Shown here: piece by piece, positions 26,862 to 36,202 of the stretch | How positions within the stretch are numbered: position 1 is the first letter of the stretch | Layout of the letters: each line of letters begins with the position of its first letter | NCBI GenBank assembly: GCA_011192015.1 | Contig: DUET01000025.1 | Location: 18,539-82,538 of the forward strand | Reading direction: 5' to 3' | DNA length: 64,000 nt | Origin: Anaerolineae bacterium | GTDB lineage: Bacteria; Chloroflexota; Anaerolineae; Anaerolineales; E44-bin32 | Notes under the pieces: generated by a model | Told to the model about the DNA's origin: nothing | Database searches by the model: none | The model's input: the letters and a program-made list of their open reading frames with translations, nothing else | Translations under genes and position numbers: made by a program

Positions 26862-27587
26862 ATGCGCAATGTATGGATTATCGCTCGAAGGGAATTCCGG
26901 CATTACTTCGTCTCCCCGCTCGCATATGCTGTGCTGACCATGGTCTTTCTCATCCTTGGCGGGATCTTCTTCATCAACATCTACGTTGGGATGCAGATGG
27001 GGGGGATCAGCCCGGATGGACGCATCGTTATCCAACCCTTGGTCACGATCTTACTCTTCGCCACACCGGCTCTTACCATGAGGCTGTTAGCGGATGAGCA
27101 GCGCATGGGGACCATGGAATTGTTGCTCACCGCTCCCGTTCGAGATTGGGAGTTGGTGGTCGGCAAATGGCTCGGTTCCTTCTTCTTCATGCTGCTCATC
27201 TTGGCAACCACGTGGATCTATCCCTTCATTCTCGACTTGATGACCGACCCGGGGATCGATCAGGGTATGCTGGTTTCGGCTTATGTAGGTTTGACATTCA
27301 TGGTCGCCAGCATGTTGGCGATGGGAGTGCTGATTTCCTCTCTCTTCAAGAACCAGGTCCCGGCGTTCTTTGCCACGCTGGGATTGCTGCTCTTCCTATG
27401 GATCTTGGGCGGATTTGCAGGCAGCGGAGGGAACCCCGTAACGCGCTACTTGAGTTTCCTCGGTCACTTCTATGACAACCTCTTCCGGGGCGTGCTGCAT
27501 CTGACTGATCTGATCTACTACCTGAGTCTCACCATCCTGGCGCTGTTCCTCGGGACACAGGCGGTGGAAGCAAGGAGGTGGCGATGA
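26862..27587 (+). CDS. ABC-2 permease (GldF-like)
   Basis: 241 aa, 6 TM segments, immediately after the ATPase gene. Confidence 0.8.
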   Translation: MRNVWIIARREFRHYFVSPLAYAVLTMVFLILGGIFFINIYVGMQMGGISPDGRIVIQPLVTILLFATPALTMRLLADEQRMGTMELLLTAPVRDWELVVGKWLGSFFFMLLILATTWIYPFILDLMTDPGIDQGMLVSAYVGLTFMVASMLAMGVLISSLFKNQVPAFFATLGLLLFLWILGGFAGSGGNPVTRYLSFLGHFYDNLFRGVLHLTDLIYYLSLTILALFLGTQAVEARRWR

Positions 27588-29137
27588 AGATCCATCGAGG
27601 GCGTGCCGCCTTGGTATGTTACATCGTGGCGATTGTGGCACTGCTGGCTGCAGGAGCTTGGTACGTCGTGAACCGGCAGTTTGACATCTACCTGCAGATC
27701 GGTTTGGGATTGGGCGTGATCGGGATTGCGGCCGGGATCTTGTTCGATCCCCAGCGCGTTCGCAAGGCCCTCACCGGGCGAAGAGCGCGCTACGGCAGCA
27801 ATGCCCTGCTGTTTACCCTGGCCGCCATCGGCATCCTCGTTATCATCAACTTCCTGGCATACAACAATCCAGCTCGTTTGGATCTGACGGAAGACAGCCT
27901 CTACTCGCTTTCGGATGAGACCATCCTCGCCATCTCAGAGCTATCCCAAGATGTGGAAATCAAGGGCTTCTTCACGCCCGATCTCGAAGGACGGCAGGAG
28001 GCGATTCGGCCGTTGTTGGACGAGTACCGCATCGAGAGTCAGGGGAGGGTGCAGTACGAGTTCATCGATCCGATCGAGAACATCGCTGCCACAGAGCTAT
28101 ACGGTGTGACCTATGATGGTTCTCTGGTGGTCATCGTTGGTGAGGCTACGGAGATCATCCAATACCAATATGCGGAGGAGCGGGAAATCACTTCCGCGAT
28201 TGTCCGTCTGACCAATCCGGGCGAACGCGTGGTCTACTTCCTGACCGGACATGGTGAGCGTGATCTGGAAGACACGGACCGAACGGGCTACAGCCAGTTG
28301 AAGAGCGTGCTTGAGAACAAGAATTACACCGTCTCGCAGCTCAACCTTCTCGCTGAACCGGAGATCCCCGAGGATGCCCTGGTGATCATCATCGCAGGCC
28401 CTTCATCCGCAATCACGCAAGGCGAAGTCGATCTCCTGCGCGAGAGCGAGGTAGCAGTCATCTACCTGCAGGATCCAAACTACGATTTGGATGCGGGTAA
28501 CGATACATTCCCGCTGGTGGAGTATTTCACATCCTCATGGGGCCTCGTCCTGCATGATGATCTGATCATCGATAGTTATTCCCTCTCTGGAACCACAGTC
28601 TATCAGTTCGAATATGGGGATCATGTGATCACCGAACGGCTGCATTCGTTGGCGAGCTACTTCTCCGACGCACGCAGCCTGGAGATCATCGCGCCCTTGG
28701 ATTCCCTGCTGCGGCAGACGGCACTGGTCGTGACCGGCAGCCATACCTGGGGAGAGACCGACCTGGAGACCCTCATCCAGGAACACGCCGCAAACTTCAA
28801 TCCCGATGAAGATTTCATAGGCCCCCTGTATGTGGCGGCTGTGGCTGAGAACTCGCTGAATGGATCCAAGGTGGTTCTCTTTGGTGACTCGGATTTCGCC
28901 GCCAATGGGAATTTTGGGGAATTTGGCAACGGCGATCTGATTATCAACAGCATCGATTGGGCATCCGGCCAAGAAGATCTGATCGATCTCACACCGAAGG
29001 AATACACGAGCCGTTATGTGGTCCTTCCCAATGTTCGCACGTTGGGTTTGATCTTCCTGGTCTCGGTCATCGTCATCCCCGGAACCGTTATCGGGCTTGG
29101 CATCTCAACATGGTTGCAACGCCGCAAGGTTGTCTAG
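27584..29137 (+). CDS. GldG-like ABC-transport auxiliary protein
   Basis: N- and C-terminal TM anchors around a large exported domain. The ATG overlaps the upstream stop (ATGA), with AAGGAGG upstream. Confidence 0.7.
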   Translation: MKIHRGRAALVCYIVAIVALLAAGAWYVVNRQFDIYLQIGLGLGVIGIAAGILFDPQRVRKALTGRRARYGSNALLFTLAAIGILVIINFLAYNNPARLDLTEDSLYSLSDETILAISELSQDVEIKGFFTPDLEGRQEAIRPLLDEYRIESQGRVQYEFIDPIENIAATELYGVTYDGSLVVIVGEATEIIQYQYAEEREITSAIVRLTNPGERVVYFLTGHGERDLEDTDRTGYSQLKSVLENKNYTVSQLNLLAEPEIPEDALVIIIAGPSSAITQGEVDLLRESEVAVIYLQDPNYDLDAGNDTFPLVEYFTSSWGLVLHDDLIIDSYSLSGTTVYQFEYGDHVITERLHSLASYFSDARSLEIIAPLDSLLRQTALVVTGSHTWGETDLETLIQEHAANFNPDEDFIGPLYVAAVAENSLNGSKVVLFGDSDFAANGNFGEFGNGDLIINSIDWASGQEDLIDLTPKEYTSRYVVLPNVRTLGLIFLVSVIVIPGTVIGLGISTWLQRRKVV

Positions 29138-29149
29138 GAGCGCAGAGCG

Positions 29150-29779
29150 ATGATTCGGCGAACGACTTGGATTACATTGGCGGTGTTCATCGTTCTGCTG
29201 GGTTTTGCGATCTGGTGGACGAATTTCCGACCGGAGAGACCGGAAGACGTTGCCCTCGCGACTCCAACGCCACTATGGTCTCTGACAGCCGCTGATGTGG
29301 CGATGTTGCGTGTGGAGGATCCCACAAGTGGGGAGGCCGTCGAGTTGCACAGGGATGCCGATGAATTTTGGGTGCTCGTAGAACCCGTGGCAGGAGCAGC
29401 AGACGTTTCGCGGGTGGAATCTGCCGTATCCTGGTTGGAAGCACCTGTGCCGACGCGAACTTTGGATCAGGTTGACGATCTCGCACTCTATGGATTGACA
29501 GAACCACGAAGGGTCGTGGAAGTAGCACTGAAGGATGGTAGCAGTCTGATCTTGAATGTGGGAAGGGAGGCTCCCACCGGTTCAGTGGCCTATGTTCATG
29601 TGGACGATCGACCTGAGATTCACACGATGAGCATCTATGCCCTCGATACGGTGCTTGATCTGCTGAGCGAGATTCCCTTGCTTGCGCCCACTCCCACATC
29701 GACATCCATTCCAACGGAAGTCCCAACGGAAACCGAAGCAACGGAAACGCCTACTGTGGAGGCGACAGCGACACCTTGA
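29150..29779 (+). CDS. DUF4340-like exported protein with a Thr/Pro/Glu-rich tail
   Basis: N-terminal TM anchor. It occupies the usual fourth position after gldAFG-like genes. Confidence 0.6.
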   Translation: MIRRTTWITLAVFIVLLGFAIWWTNFRPERPEDVALATPTPLWSLTAADVAMLRVEDPTSGEAVELHRDADEFWVLVEPVAGAADVSRVESAVSWLEAPVPTRTLDQVDDLALYGLTEPRRVVEVALKDGSSLILNVGREAPTGSVAYVHVDDRPEIHTMSIYALDTVLDLLSEIPLLAPTPTSTSIPTEVPTETEATETPTVEATATP

Positions 29780-29910
29780 GCTAGCCACCATTGGCTGCAG
29801 GACCCGCGTGGCTTGCTGATGGAGTCGAGCGCGCTCCATCGGGTGACTTGTTGGCGCATCCCCCGATTCGATGATTGATTTCACCAATTTTTCGCAGTAT
29901 TCTGAGAGTG

Positions 29911-31179
29911 ATGATGGCTAGGAAATCCAAAGGAACCCAACGTCTTTCAACCAAGCAGGTTGTAGAAGACATGGAAAAAGAGAGCCTGGAGGAAACCAGG
30001 GTGGATGAGACCACGGTTGTTGAGGAGCAACCGGGGATCGAAGCGCTTATCGATCTCGGGCGGCAGCGTGGGTACGTGACCTACGACGACATCCTCCATG
30101 CGTTTCCCGAAGTGGAGCGGGACATCGATCAACTCGAGGATGCGTTTGCTGCGTTGATGGCCGCCGGTGTGATGTATGTGGACGATGCTGACGAGGTGGA
30201 AACGATCTCTGTGGAAGATCCTGTTGCAGAGAAGGATGAGCAACCTGAAGAGGCGGGTCTGGAAGCCATCGACGCCGATGATAGCGTTGGCCTGTATCTC
30301 AAAGAGGTGGGGAGAGTTCCCCTTCTAACGGCAAACGAGGAAGTGCAGCTGGCCAAGCGTATCGAGCGCGGCCGCAAGGCGCGGGAGAGGCTGGCAAGCG
30401 ACCCGGTTTCTGCAAAGGAGCGCCTCGAGCTGCGCATGCAGATCGAAGATGGATGGGCCGCTCGTGAGCATCTGGTTACGGCCAACTCAAGGCTCGTGAT
30501 CAGCGTGGCCAAGAAATACATGGGGCGCGGCGTTCCCTTCCTCGATCTGATCCAAGAGGGCAACATCGGTTTGATCCGGGCTACGAAGAAGTTCGATTAC
30601 CGCCGGGGTCATAAATTCTCCACCTATGCCACATGGTGGATTCGCCAGGCGGTCACTCGCGCCATCGCCGATCAGGGGCGCACGATCCGTGTGCCGGTGC
30701 ATATGGGCGATCAGATCAATAAGCTGCTGCGCCTCTCGCATCAGCTGACTCAGAAACTGGGGCGCGATCCCTCCACGGAGGAACTAGCCGAGGTTCTGGA
30801 AGTGCATCCCAAGAAGGTGGAGAACATGATCCAGGTGGCTCGTCGCCCGCTTTCTCTGGAGACGCCCACAGACGACGAAGAAGATTCGGTGCTGGGCGAT
30901 TTCGTGGAAGATGAGGAAGCCGCCGAGCCTGCCGAATTGGCCACCCAGCATCTGCTGCGCGAACAATTAAAGGATGTCCTCAACCGCCTGCCGCCACGCG
31001 AAGTACGCATCCTGCAGTTGAGGTACGGCCTGCTGGATGGCAAGAGCTACACGCTGGAGGAGGTGGGGCATAAGATGGGCGTGACGCGTGAGCGCGTGCG
31101 CCAGATCGAAGCCCAAGCTCTCAGCAGGCTTCGCCATCCCGATCACAAACGCGTGCTCGTGGATTACCTGCGGAGCTGA
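29911..31179 (+). CDS. rpoD: Primary (group 1) RNA polymerase sigma factor
   Basis: Acidic region 1, then [36 protein letters not shown] (region 2), regions 3 and 4 with [21 protein letters not shown]. Confidence 0.95.
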   Translation: MMARKSKGTQRLSTKQVVEDMEKESLEETRVDETTVVEEQPGIEALIDLGRQRGYVTYDDILHAFPEVERDIDQLEDAFAALMAAGVMYVDDADEVETISVEDPVAEKDEQPEEAGLEAIDADDSVGLYLKEVGRVPLLTANEEVQLAKRIERGRKARERLASDPVSAKERLELRMQIEDGWAAREHLVTANSRLVISVAKKYMGRGVPFLDLIQEGNIGLIRATKKFDYRRGHKFSTYATWWIRQAVTRAIADQGRTIRVPVHMGDQINKLLRLSHQLTQKLGRDPSTEELAEVLEVHPKKVENMIQVARRPLSLETPTDDEEDSVLGDFVEDEEAAEPAELATQHLLREQLKDVLNRLPPREVRILQLRYGLLDGKSYTLEEVGHKMGVTRERVRQIEAQALSRLRHPDHKRVLVDYLRS

Positions 31180-31299
31180 TCCTCCACACCATAACTTTCC
31201 CACCAACCGAACTCTGATTGAATCCCATTTCATTTGTGATTCCACCGAGATCCGTTCGCATGCGCTTCTCGATTGCGTCGAAGACGCCTCGGAGCCTGT

Positions 31300-31326
31300 T
31301 GCCCCTACAGGTGAGGGGCGGTTTTC
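31300..31326 (+). terminator. Candidate intrinsic terminator after rpoD
   Basis: GCCCCT / AGGGGC stem with a 7-nt loop, followed by GGTTTTCT. Confidence 0.45.
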
Positions 31327-31420
31327 TGGAGGGAGGGAATCCAGAAGGATGAAAGTTGGACCGAGAGCATTGCGCATAGCCATGAAGAACAAAGGGATCT
31401 TGCGGTGAATGCGGGCTTTG

Positions 31421-32941
31421 TCAATCGAGGGCGCTTCTTGCGTAGATCAGCATGCCTTCACTGCCGTACATGTCGGTGGGGATGGTCTCGATGCGCGTGT
31501 ACATGTGCTCGAATTCGGGATCGCGCAGCAGGGTGTGGCGGCCATAGACCTCGAGTATGACCAGGTAATCGGGCTCGAGATCCGTGATCAGGCGTGTAGG
31601 AATGGCGTAATTGATCTCATAGTCGGCTGCGGGGAGGGGGTAGTAGCGCGTGGCTTCGGTGGAGATCAGACCGACCGTATCGAGGATGGGCGCGTCGGTC
31701 AGGTAGCCCAACGTGCCGATATCGCCTGCAGCCAGGACCTGACCAGGTTGGATCTCATCCACCAGAGCGATAGCTACCTGTTCGTACAGTAATTCAAGAC
31801 GAATGAAAGCCATCTCGGGAGCGGGGCGATCAGGACCGTGATCCGGATGCAGTCTCCAGGTGCGGAGCGAAAGCGCCACGGCCAGCGCTGCGAAAACGGT
31901 CGTCAGATGGTGGAACTTCAGGCTGCGCCCCAGACGTTCGATCCCCAGAAAGACTCCCAGGAAGAACATCGGCAAGGGCGGGACGAGATACCAGCGGAAG
32001 AGCAGCGGGTTGGCCAGCGCGAACACGGCGAAGTAGATCCAGGGATAGGAGAGCATGGGCCAGGTTTCCGGTTGGCGGCGGATGATCTCCAAACTGCCGA
32101 TGACATGCAGAACAGGGTACAGCAACAACCCGGCTCCGATCCACCACAGACCGAAGGTCTCGTGCGCCAAAAACGGCGTGGCATAGTGCTGAAGCAGACG
32201 CACCAGACCGGCTTCTGGCGGCAGGAGGTAGGCAGCGGTTTTGGCTGTGATCGAATGGGGGATCGGATTGCCATAGAACCAGAAGCCAAAGGCGGCCCAT
32301 GCGAGAAGGGGTAGGGTGAAGGCTGCAATCTCCCCGAGTGAGATGCGTATGGGCTTGCGGTTGAAACGACCTTCCGGAAGGGTTTGCCGCAACCGTTCGA
32401 GCACGAGCGGGCCCACGAGGAGCAGTGAGTCGGGGCGCGTGAGTAGACAAAGGCTTGCCAGGAGAGCGGTCGGTTTTGGGCATCGAGAGACATACATGTA
32501 CAATGTAGCCATCATGAGAGCGATCAGGACACTGGTCTCCATGCCTCCGATGGCGAAGGTGACTGAGAAAGGCGCCACGGCCCACACGAACGCCGCTGCC
32601 AGACCCGCGTTGCGGCGATCGAGGCGATCTGCCATTCGTATGAACAGCCAGCAGGTGATCCCATCGGCGAGTGTGTTGAGCAACCATGCGATCATGGGTA
32701 GGGGAGCTTGGCTCCCACCGCTCACCGATCCCAGACCTGTGAGGATCAAGGCGTACAGGGGGGAAGTCGTGCCCAGGACGGCTTCACCGGGGTTGTATAC
32801 CAACCCCGCGCCTCCGAGCACATTGCGAGCATAGCGGAAGGTGATGTAGGCATCATCCACGATGCGGGGTCCGGGGATGAGACGGACCCCGACTGCAAGC
32901 AGGATGACGAGGATCTCGACGTGGATTCTGAACTTTCGCAC
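31421..32941 (-). CDS. GT-C-like polytopic membrane protein 1 (DDAYI...YARN family), paralogue of 45502-46989
   Basis: GTG at 32941 gives VRKFRIHVEILVILLAVG...RIVDDAYITFRYARNVLGG...GTTSPLY. About 506 aa, many TM segments, and a soluble C-terminal domain containing AAGDIGTLGY. The 212 codons upstream in the track ORF are basic low-complexity, and most of that stretch lies antisense to the neighbouring gene. Confidence 0.7.
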   Translation of the reverse strand: MRKFRIHVEILVILLAVGVRLIPGPRIVDDAYITFRYARNVLGGAGLVYNPGEAVLGTTSPLYALILTGLGSVSGGSQAPLPMIAWLLNTLADGITCWLFIRMADRLDRRNAGLAAAFVWAVAPFSVTFAIGGMETSVLIALMMATLYMYVSRCPKPTALLASLCLLTRPDSLLLVGPLVLERLRQTLPEGRFNRKPIRISLGEIAAFTLPLLAWAAFGFWFYGNPIPHSITAKTAAYLLPPEAGLVRLLQHYATPFLAHETFGLWWIGAGLLLYPVLHVIGSLEIIRRQPETWPMLSYPWIYFAVFALANPLLFRWYLVPPLPMFFLGVFLGIERLGRSLKFHHLTTVFAALAVALSLRTWRLHPDHGPDRPAPEMAFIRLELLYEQVAIALVDEIQPGQVLAAGDIGTLGYLTDAPILDTVGLISTEATRYYPLPAADYEINYAIPTRLITDLEPDYLVILEVYGRHTLLRDPEFEHMYTRIETIPTDMYGSEGMLIYARSALD

Positions 32942-33010
32942 GCGCGGATTATACAGGCATCGAAAGAGAGCGGAAAGTCCGGCAGGATATCCCTTCCCTG
33001 GGGATGGACC

Positions 33011-34582
33011 GTGCTGGGCGTTGCGCTGCTGGCGGTAGTGTGGAAGATCGTGCTGCTTGCCCTGGATGCCTTCCCCTTCAACGCCGATGAGGCCATCGTG
33101 GGTTTGATGGCGCGTCACATCCTGCAGGGGCGCTGGCCGGTGTTCTTCTACGGCCAAGCCTACATGGGGAGTCTGGATGCGACTCTGGTGGCAGGCGCCT
33201 TTGGCGTTATTGGTGCGAAGGTGATCGCCATTCGTGCCGTGCAGTGCCTGCTCTACATGGGCACGGTGGCAACGACCATGATCCTGGTCCGGCAGGGATT
33301 GGGTTCCAGGAGGGCAGCGATTGCTGCCGGATTGTTGATGGCCCTGCCCCCCGTCAACGCCACGCTGTACTCGACAGTCTCGCTCGGTGGGTACGGAGAA
33401 GCGCTGCTTATAGGCAACCTTCTCCTGATGCTGAGCCTTTCGATTCGACAGCGGCCGGCAAGGATTTGGCCGTTCTTCGTCTGGGGATTGCTGGCGGGAT
33501 TGGGCTTCTGGACCTTCGGACTCAGCCTGGTGTACATCCTTCCAACGGGGTTCTTGCTCCTGGCTTCCCTTTGGCAAAGCAAGGAGAGGCGAGCGTTATC
33601 CGCAGCGGTTATCGTTGCTGGAATACTCGTTGGCGCCGGTCCATGGATCGGGCATGCGTTGGTGGAGGGGCTCGGCCCCCTTATGGCTGAACTTGGTGGT
33701 TCGGCCATCGATGTGGGAAATGGCGGGAACCCCATTTGGAGCCGTTTGTCGAATGCGCTGCTCTTCGGTTCGACCGTCACCATAGGACTGCGGCCTCCTT
33801 GGGAGGTGAGTTGGCTGGCATTGCCGCTGGCACCGCTGGCGCTGGCTTTCTGGGGAGGTGTATTGATCCATACTTTCTCCTCCCTGCGCGCGCCGGATCA
33901 AAGCGGTCGAGGCTGGGAACTGCGCTGGCTGCTGCTCGGCGTGGCTGCTGTGTTGTTTCTGGGCTTCCTGTTGACGCCCTTTGGCGGTGATCCCTCGGGC
34001 CGCTACTTTGTACCTCTGGTAGTGCCGATGGCGATCTTGGGGGCAGATTTCGTGGAGAGGTTGTGTTTGCGAACCGGCAGAGGGGCGGTGTACGGTCTGC
34101 TGGCCATTCCGCTGATCTTCCATCTCTGGGGGACCTTTCAAGCGCTTGCCGAAAGCCCGACCGGCCTGACGACCCAGTTCGATCCCATAACCTGGATTGA
34201 TCGTGACCATGATGCCGAGTTGATCACGTTCCTGGAACAAAACGGCGAGCGGTACGGCTACACAAACTACTGGGTCGCTTATCCGCTGGCGTTCCTCTCG
34301 GACGAGCAGTTCATCTTCGTACCCATGCTTCCATACCATCAGGATTTCCGTTATACAGAACGTGACAACCGCTATCCACCCTACGATGAGCTCGTGGAGG
34401 CAGCTTCCCAAGCTGCCTACATCACGACCCATCATCTCGAGCTCGACGAGCAACTGCGGGCGGCTTTTTCGGATTTGGAAGTCACCTGGCAGGAAGCGAA
34501 GATCGGCGATTACCAGATCTTCTACGCATTTTCGGAGAGGATTTCCCCTCACGAAATCGGGTTGGGGGTCAATCTGCCGTGA
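33011..34582 (+). CDS. GT-C-like membrane protein 2 (GT39/PMT_2/ArnT-like)
   Basis: After the first hydrophobic segment: FPFNADEAIVGLMARHILQGRWPVFFYGQAYMGSL. About 11 TM segments plus a C-terminal soluble domain. The start is uncertain: GTG 33011 was chosen, but GTG 32921 is also in frame. Confidence 0.7.
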   Translation: MLGVALLAVVWKIVLLALDAFPFNADEAIVGLMARHILQGRWPVFFYGQAYMGSLDATLVAGAFGVIGAKVIAIRAVQCLLYMGTVATTMILVRQGLGSRRAAIAAGLLMALPPVNATLYSTVSLGGYGEALLIGNLLLMLSLSIRQRPARIWPFFVWGLLAGLGFWTFGLSLVYILPTGFLLLASLWQSKERRALSAAVIVAGILVGAGPWIGHALVEGLGPLMAELGGSAIDVGNGGNPIWSRLSNALLFGSTVTIGLRPPWEVSWLALPLAPLALAFWGGVLIHTFSSLRAPDQSGRGWELRWLLLGVAAVLFLGFLLTPFGGDPSGRYFVPLVVPMAILGADFVERLCLRTGRGAVYGLLAIPLIFHLWGTFQALAESPTGLTTQFDPITWIDRDHDAELITFLEQNGERYGYTNYWVAYPLAFLSDEQFIFVPMLPYHQDFRYTERDNRYPPYDELVEAASQAAYITTHHLELDEQLRAAFSDLEVTWQEAKIGDYQIFYAFSERISPHEIGLGVNLP

Positions 34583-34729
34583 GCTTCCCTCTGAGCGAAA
34601 GCGACCTCCATCCAGAACCATCCCTGACTTCTCAGTTGCCTCAGCGTCGAAATTGGCGCAGAATGGTTCATCCATGATGCATGCAAATCTGGAGGTCGGA
34701 TAGGAGAGGCTTCCGAAGAGAGGAAACCC

Positions 34730-36202
34730 TTGAGCTTCCGGCGATTCATTTTGATCCTCACATTGCTGGCGATCCTGATCATGGCGGCGCGTGTGTCGGT
34801 AGACACCGACACATGGTGGCATCTGCGCGCCGGATCGTGGATGGTTGAGAACGGCAGCATCCTGAGAACCGATCCCTTCAGCCTGACGCGCCAGGGGCAG
34901 GATTGGATCTATCCCGGGTGGTTGGCGCAGGTGGCGTTGTTCGGCGTTTACCAAGCCATGGGGTATGCGGGCTTGAATCTCTTTACGGCCCTGATGGTCG
35001 TCCTTGCCCTGAGTCTTCTATGGCCGGCGATGGACGGTCCACCTCTGATGAAGGCTTTTGTGCTGGTGCTTGCGGCGACGGCTTCCGGGGTCTATTGGGC
35101 GGCGCGCCCGCACATTCTCTCGTTCGTCTTTTCGGCGGCCTTTCTATTGATCCTCGAACATGTCCAACGCGGCAGGCTGCGCCTGCTGTGGGTGCTACCG
35201 CCGCTGATGGCGCTCTGGGTGAACGTGCATGGGGGTTTCGCCTTCGGCTTCATGTTCCTGGTGTTGGTTCTGGCAGGTGAGGTAGTCGATCTGCTTATCG
35301 ACATCGGGCCACGAAAGCGAAGATTGGCCGAGGCTTGGCAAGCGCGAAAATCAATCATCCTTGGTCTGGTGCTCGTGGGATTGGGCTGCGCCTTGGCCTG
35401 CATGCTCAATCCTCATGGTCCGCAGATGCTGCTCTATCCGTTCAAGACGGTTTCCATCGGTGTGCTGAGAGAATACATCCAGGAGTGGCAATCCCCTGAT
35501 TTCCATCAATTGGAGCTGCAGCCTTTCCTGCTGATGCTGTTCCTGAGCATGGGCGCCCTGGCGCTTTCTCCACGCCGGAAGACAGCCGCAGAAATGCTGC
35601 TGCTCTTCGTGCTGGCGGCCATGAGTCTCGTTGCGGCGCGCAACATTGCCCAATTTGCCCTCATCGGAGCCATCGTCCTGGCGAGGCATGTTCATGCAGT
35701 CCTCGATCCACTGCTCAGCGATCTTCCCAAAGGGAAGCAGGTCCCTGAACGACTCGCTCGAACCATCAACATCCTCTTGCTGTTGCTCGCTGCTGCGTTG
35801 GCAGTCATCAAGATTGCCTCCGTGAGCACGGTCGAGATCAACCAGCAGGCGATCGATGATCGTCACCCCACGCAAGCCGTGGCGTATCTTCAGGATCATC
35901 TTCCTGAGGGACCGCTCCTCAATTCCTACAACTGGGGAGGTTACGTGGTCTGGGAACTCTATCCCGACTATCTGAGTTTCGTCGACGGTCGCACAGATCT
36001 ATTCGATGACGAGATCCTCAATGACTACCTTCGTGTGTGGCGAACGGATCCGTATTGGGAAGGTGTATTGGAGAGATGGGACATCCGTCTGACCCTGCTT
36101 GAACCTGAAGCCCCCTTGAACGATGCGCTGTTGAATCGAGGTTGGCAGCAGCTCTATGCGGATGAACAGGCCGTCGTCCTGGCGTGGGATGGCAGCGAAT
36201 GA
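34730..36202 (+). CDS. GT-C-like membrane protein 3 (D-T-D-T-W-W-H-L motif)
   Basis: TTG start with GAGAGGA 5 nt upstream. RVSVDTDTWWHLRAGSWM follows TM1. Polytopic, with a C-terminal soluble domain (YNWGGYVVWE...FVDGRTDLFDD). Confidence 0.7.
   Translation: MSFRRFILILTLLAILIMAARVSVDTDTWWHLRAGSWMVENGSILRTDPFSLTRQGQDWIYPGWLAQVALFGVYQAMGYAGLNLFTALMVVLALSLLWPAMDGPPLMKAFVLVLAATASGVYWAARPHILSFVFSAAFLLILEHVQRGRLRLLWVLPPLMALWVNVHGGFAFGFMFLVLVLAGEVVDLLIDIGPRKRRLAEAWQARKSIILGLVLVGLGCALACMLNPHGPQMLLYPFKTVSIGVLREYIQEWQSPDFHQLELQPFLLMLFLSMGALALSPRRKTAAEMLLLFVLAAMSLVAARNIAQFALIGAIVLARHVHAVLDPLLSDLPKGKQVPERLARTINILLLLLAAALAVIKIASVSTVEINQQAIDDRHPTQAVAYLQDHLPEGPLLNSYNWGGYVVWELYPDYLSFVDGRTDLFDDEILNDYLRVWRTDPYWEGVLERWDIRLTLLEPEAPLNDALLNRGWQQLYADEQAVVLAWDGSE

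Noticed and set aside
32942-33577. N-terminal 212 codons of the 718-aa minus-strand ORF
   Set aside because: The translation is basic, Gln/His/Arg-rich sequence, and most of it lies antisense to the start of GT-C gene 2. The hydrophobic protein begins at the GTG at 32941, which is preceded by TATAAT.
33596-34954. 452-aa minus-strand ORF overlapping GT-C genes 2 and 3
   Set aside because: It lies antisense to two genes that have clear membrane-protein character. Its translation is Arg/Pro/Gly/Gln-rich low complexity with no domain features. This is a typical shadow ORF in GC-rich DNA.
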